A stretch of 61,156 bases of DNA, filler included, from Globobulimina sp. (taxonomy: Eukaryota), in NCBI GenBank assembly GCA_003354225.1. It is 20 parts of 20 records of this genome, joined end to end, with 100 filler letters (N's around TTAATTAATTAA, not from the genome) between each part and the next. Parts side by side here need not be neighbours in the genome. Positions count along the whole stretch, not along the records: positions 58,198 to 61,156 come from PIVH01004228.1; 19 more parts are not named here. One strand, given 5' to 3'. The notes below the pieces were generated by a model. The model had not been told where the DNA came from and searched no databases. It saw only the letters and a program-made list of their open reading frames with translations. Below are positions 60,057-61,156 of this stretch, one piece after another; the stretch's first letter is position 1; the number at the start of each line of letters is the position of its first letter. The position numbers were made by a program, and so were the translations under genes.

Positions 60057-61156
60057 ATGTTTTCCAATCTCGTCAATCGCGTCTCAACTTTGGTGCAATC
60101 ATCCGGTTCCAATGCATTTCCCTATTCAATTGGTGAGGAAATACTCGCTGACAATAATAATAATAATGATGATGGTGTATATAAGTTATTGGAAGGAACA
60201 AAGAATGGATCAAGTGAGAAAGTGACGATTTTTGCCATAGAAAATAGGAAAAATATAAGACAAAACCGAATCGATGCAGCATTACATTGCTTTAATGAAT
60301 TAAAAAGAATTCGACATCCACATATCTTATCATATTGTGATGGCATAATAGCCGATGATAAAATAATGTTTGTATCGGAATATGTGTATCCATTGCAAGC
60401 CATTATAGACAAGAAAGGCAATATAAATATAAATATAAAGATCCACCAAATAAATGAATCATTCATCGCATTGGGTTTATACCAAATATCTCGCGCCTTA
60501 GAATTCGTTCACAACGAACTCAAAATGAGCCATTGCTGCGTGTCGCCATCAGCCATTTATATAAACAAAGCTGGCGATTTTAAATTAGGTTCATTTGAGT
60601 TGGCGCATTCATATAAAAATATTCCCACACATTTTCTGGCAAACTTTGATTTATTAAAAAATAAATATCGACCAAAAGAGTTATCCAATGACAAAAATAA
60701 CGATATTATCAATATATTGATCAGGAATCCAATTCATTCCATTGATTCGTGGTGTTTTGGCTGTGTAATCTATGAACTATTCAATACACTCAATAATAAT
60801 AAGGCTGTCTTCCATAAACCTCAACAACTCTCAAATTTATCCTTCATTCCACATAATTTACAATCATTTTATAAGCGATTACTAGCAACAAAACCATCGT
60901 CGCGAATCACATTATCTTCCTTATTAAGCTGCGATTTTATTGAACAGAATTCATTGGTTCAAACTGATAAATTCTTATCGCAAATTGCACTCAAATCCGA
61001 CACCGAAAAACAACAATTTTTGCAGCATTTAGAGAATAATATATCATCGTATCCATTTGCTATATGTCGCTATAAAATATTACCGGCTTTAACCCATTTA
61101 TTGCAGCATGGATTTGGTAGTAATCCGGTGATATTATCGTGTGTTTTAAAGATATC
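60057..61156 (+). CDS. SCY1-like (SCYL1/3) pseudokinase (3' partial; absent from the ORF track)
   Basis: Open frame from ATG 60057: 'AFPYSIGE', 'LKRIRHPHILSY', 'VSEYVYPL', 'GLYQISRALEFVH..HCCVSPSAIYINKAGDFKLGSFE', 'IDSWCFGCVIYELFN' and 'YKILPAL'. Confidence 0.9.
   Translation, partial: MFSNLVNRVSTLVQSSGSNAFPYSIGEEILADNNNNNDDGVYKLLEGTKNGSSEKVTIFAIENRKNIRQNRIDAALHCFNELKRIRHPHILSYCDGIIADDKIMFVSEYVYPLQAIIDKKGNININIKIHQINESFIALGLYQISRALEFVHNELKMSHCCVSPSAIYINKAGDFKLGSFELAHSYKNIPTHFLANFDLLKNKYRPKELSNDKNNDIINILIRNPIHSIDSWCFGCVIYELFNTLNNNKAVFHKPQQLSNLSFIPHNLQSFYKRLLATKPSSRITLSSLLSCDFIEQNSLVQTDKFLSQIALKSDTEKQQFLQHLENNISSYPFAICRYKILPALTHLLQHGFGSNPVILSCVLKI

Overview
This is not one locus. It is a pseudo-scaffold of 20 unrelated ~2.96-kb contigs joined by 100-bp artificial spacers (44 N + TTAATTAATTAA + 44 N), so neighbourhood arguments hold only within a contig. 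The DNA is AT-rich, gene-dense and eukaryotic, with short GT-AG introns (mostly ~50-90 bp) and very short intergenic gaps. A protist source, possibly a foraminiferan or other rhizarian, is my inference and is not proven. Recognisable genes include CFAP44, CENP-C, CK2 beta, DCAF12, ABHD11, an SCYL pseudokinase, TMEM245, an SLC38-type transporter, GH125, GST, GPx, a calpain, and SET, PH, RCC1, kelch and TPR proteins. The most unusual items are: (1) a spliced, probably myristoylated, degenerate GGDEF-domain/ankyrin protein; (2) a GPx fused to an eIF5A-like C-terminal OB domain; (3) a membrane-anchored chitin-deacetylase-fold protein lacking its catalytic residues and carrying a CBM5/12 domain; (4) a head-to-head paralog pair 36 bp apart that differs by one intron; (5) a 190-bp MITE-like element with an internal 11-mer array; (6) a dispersed non-coding motif on three contigs; (7) frequent GTTAAG/GTTAAT splice donors. 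All family calls are motif recognition by eye, and all intron boundaries were inferred by reading-frame restoration; no searches were run.
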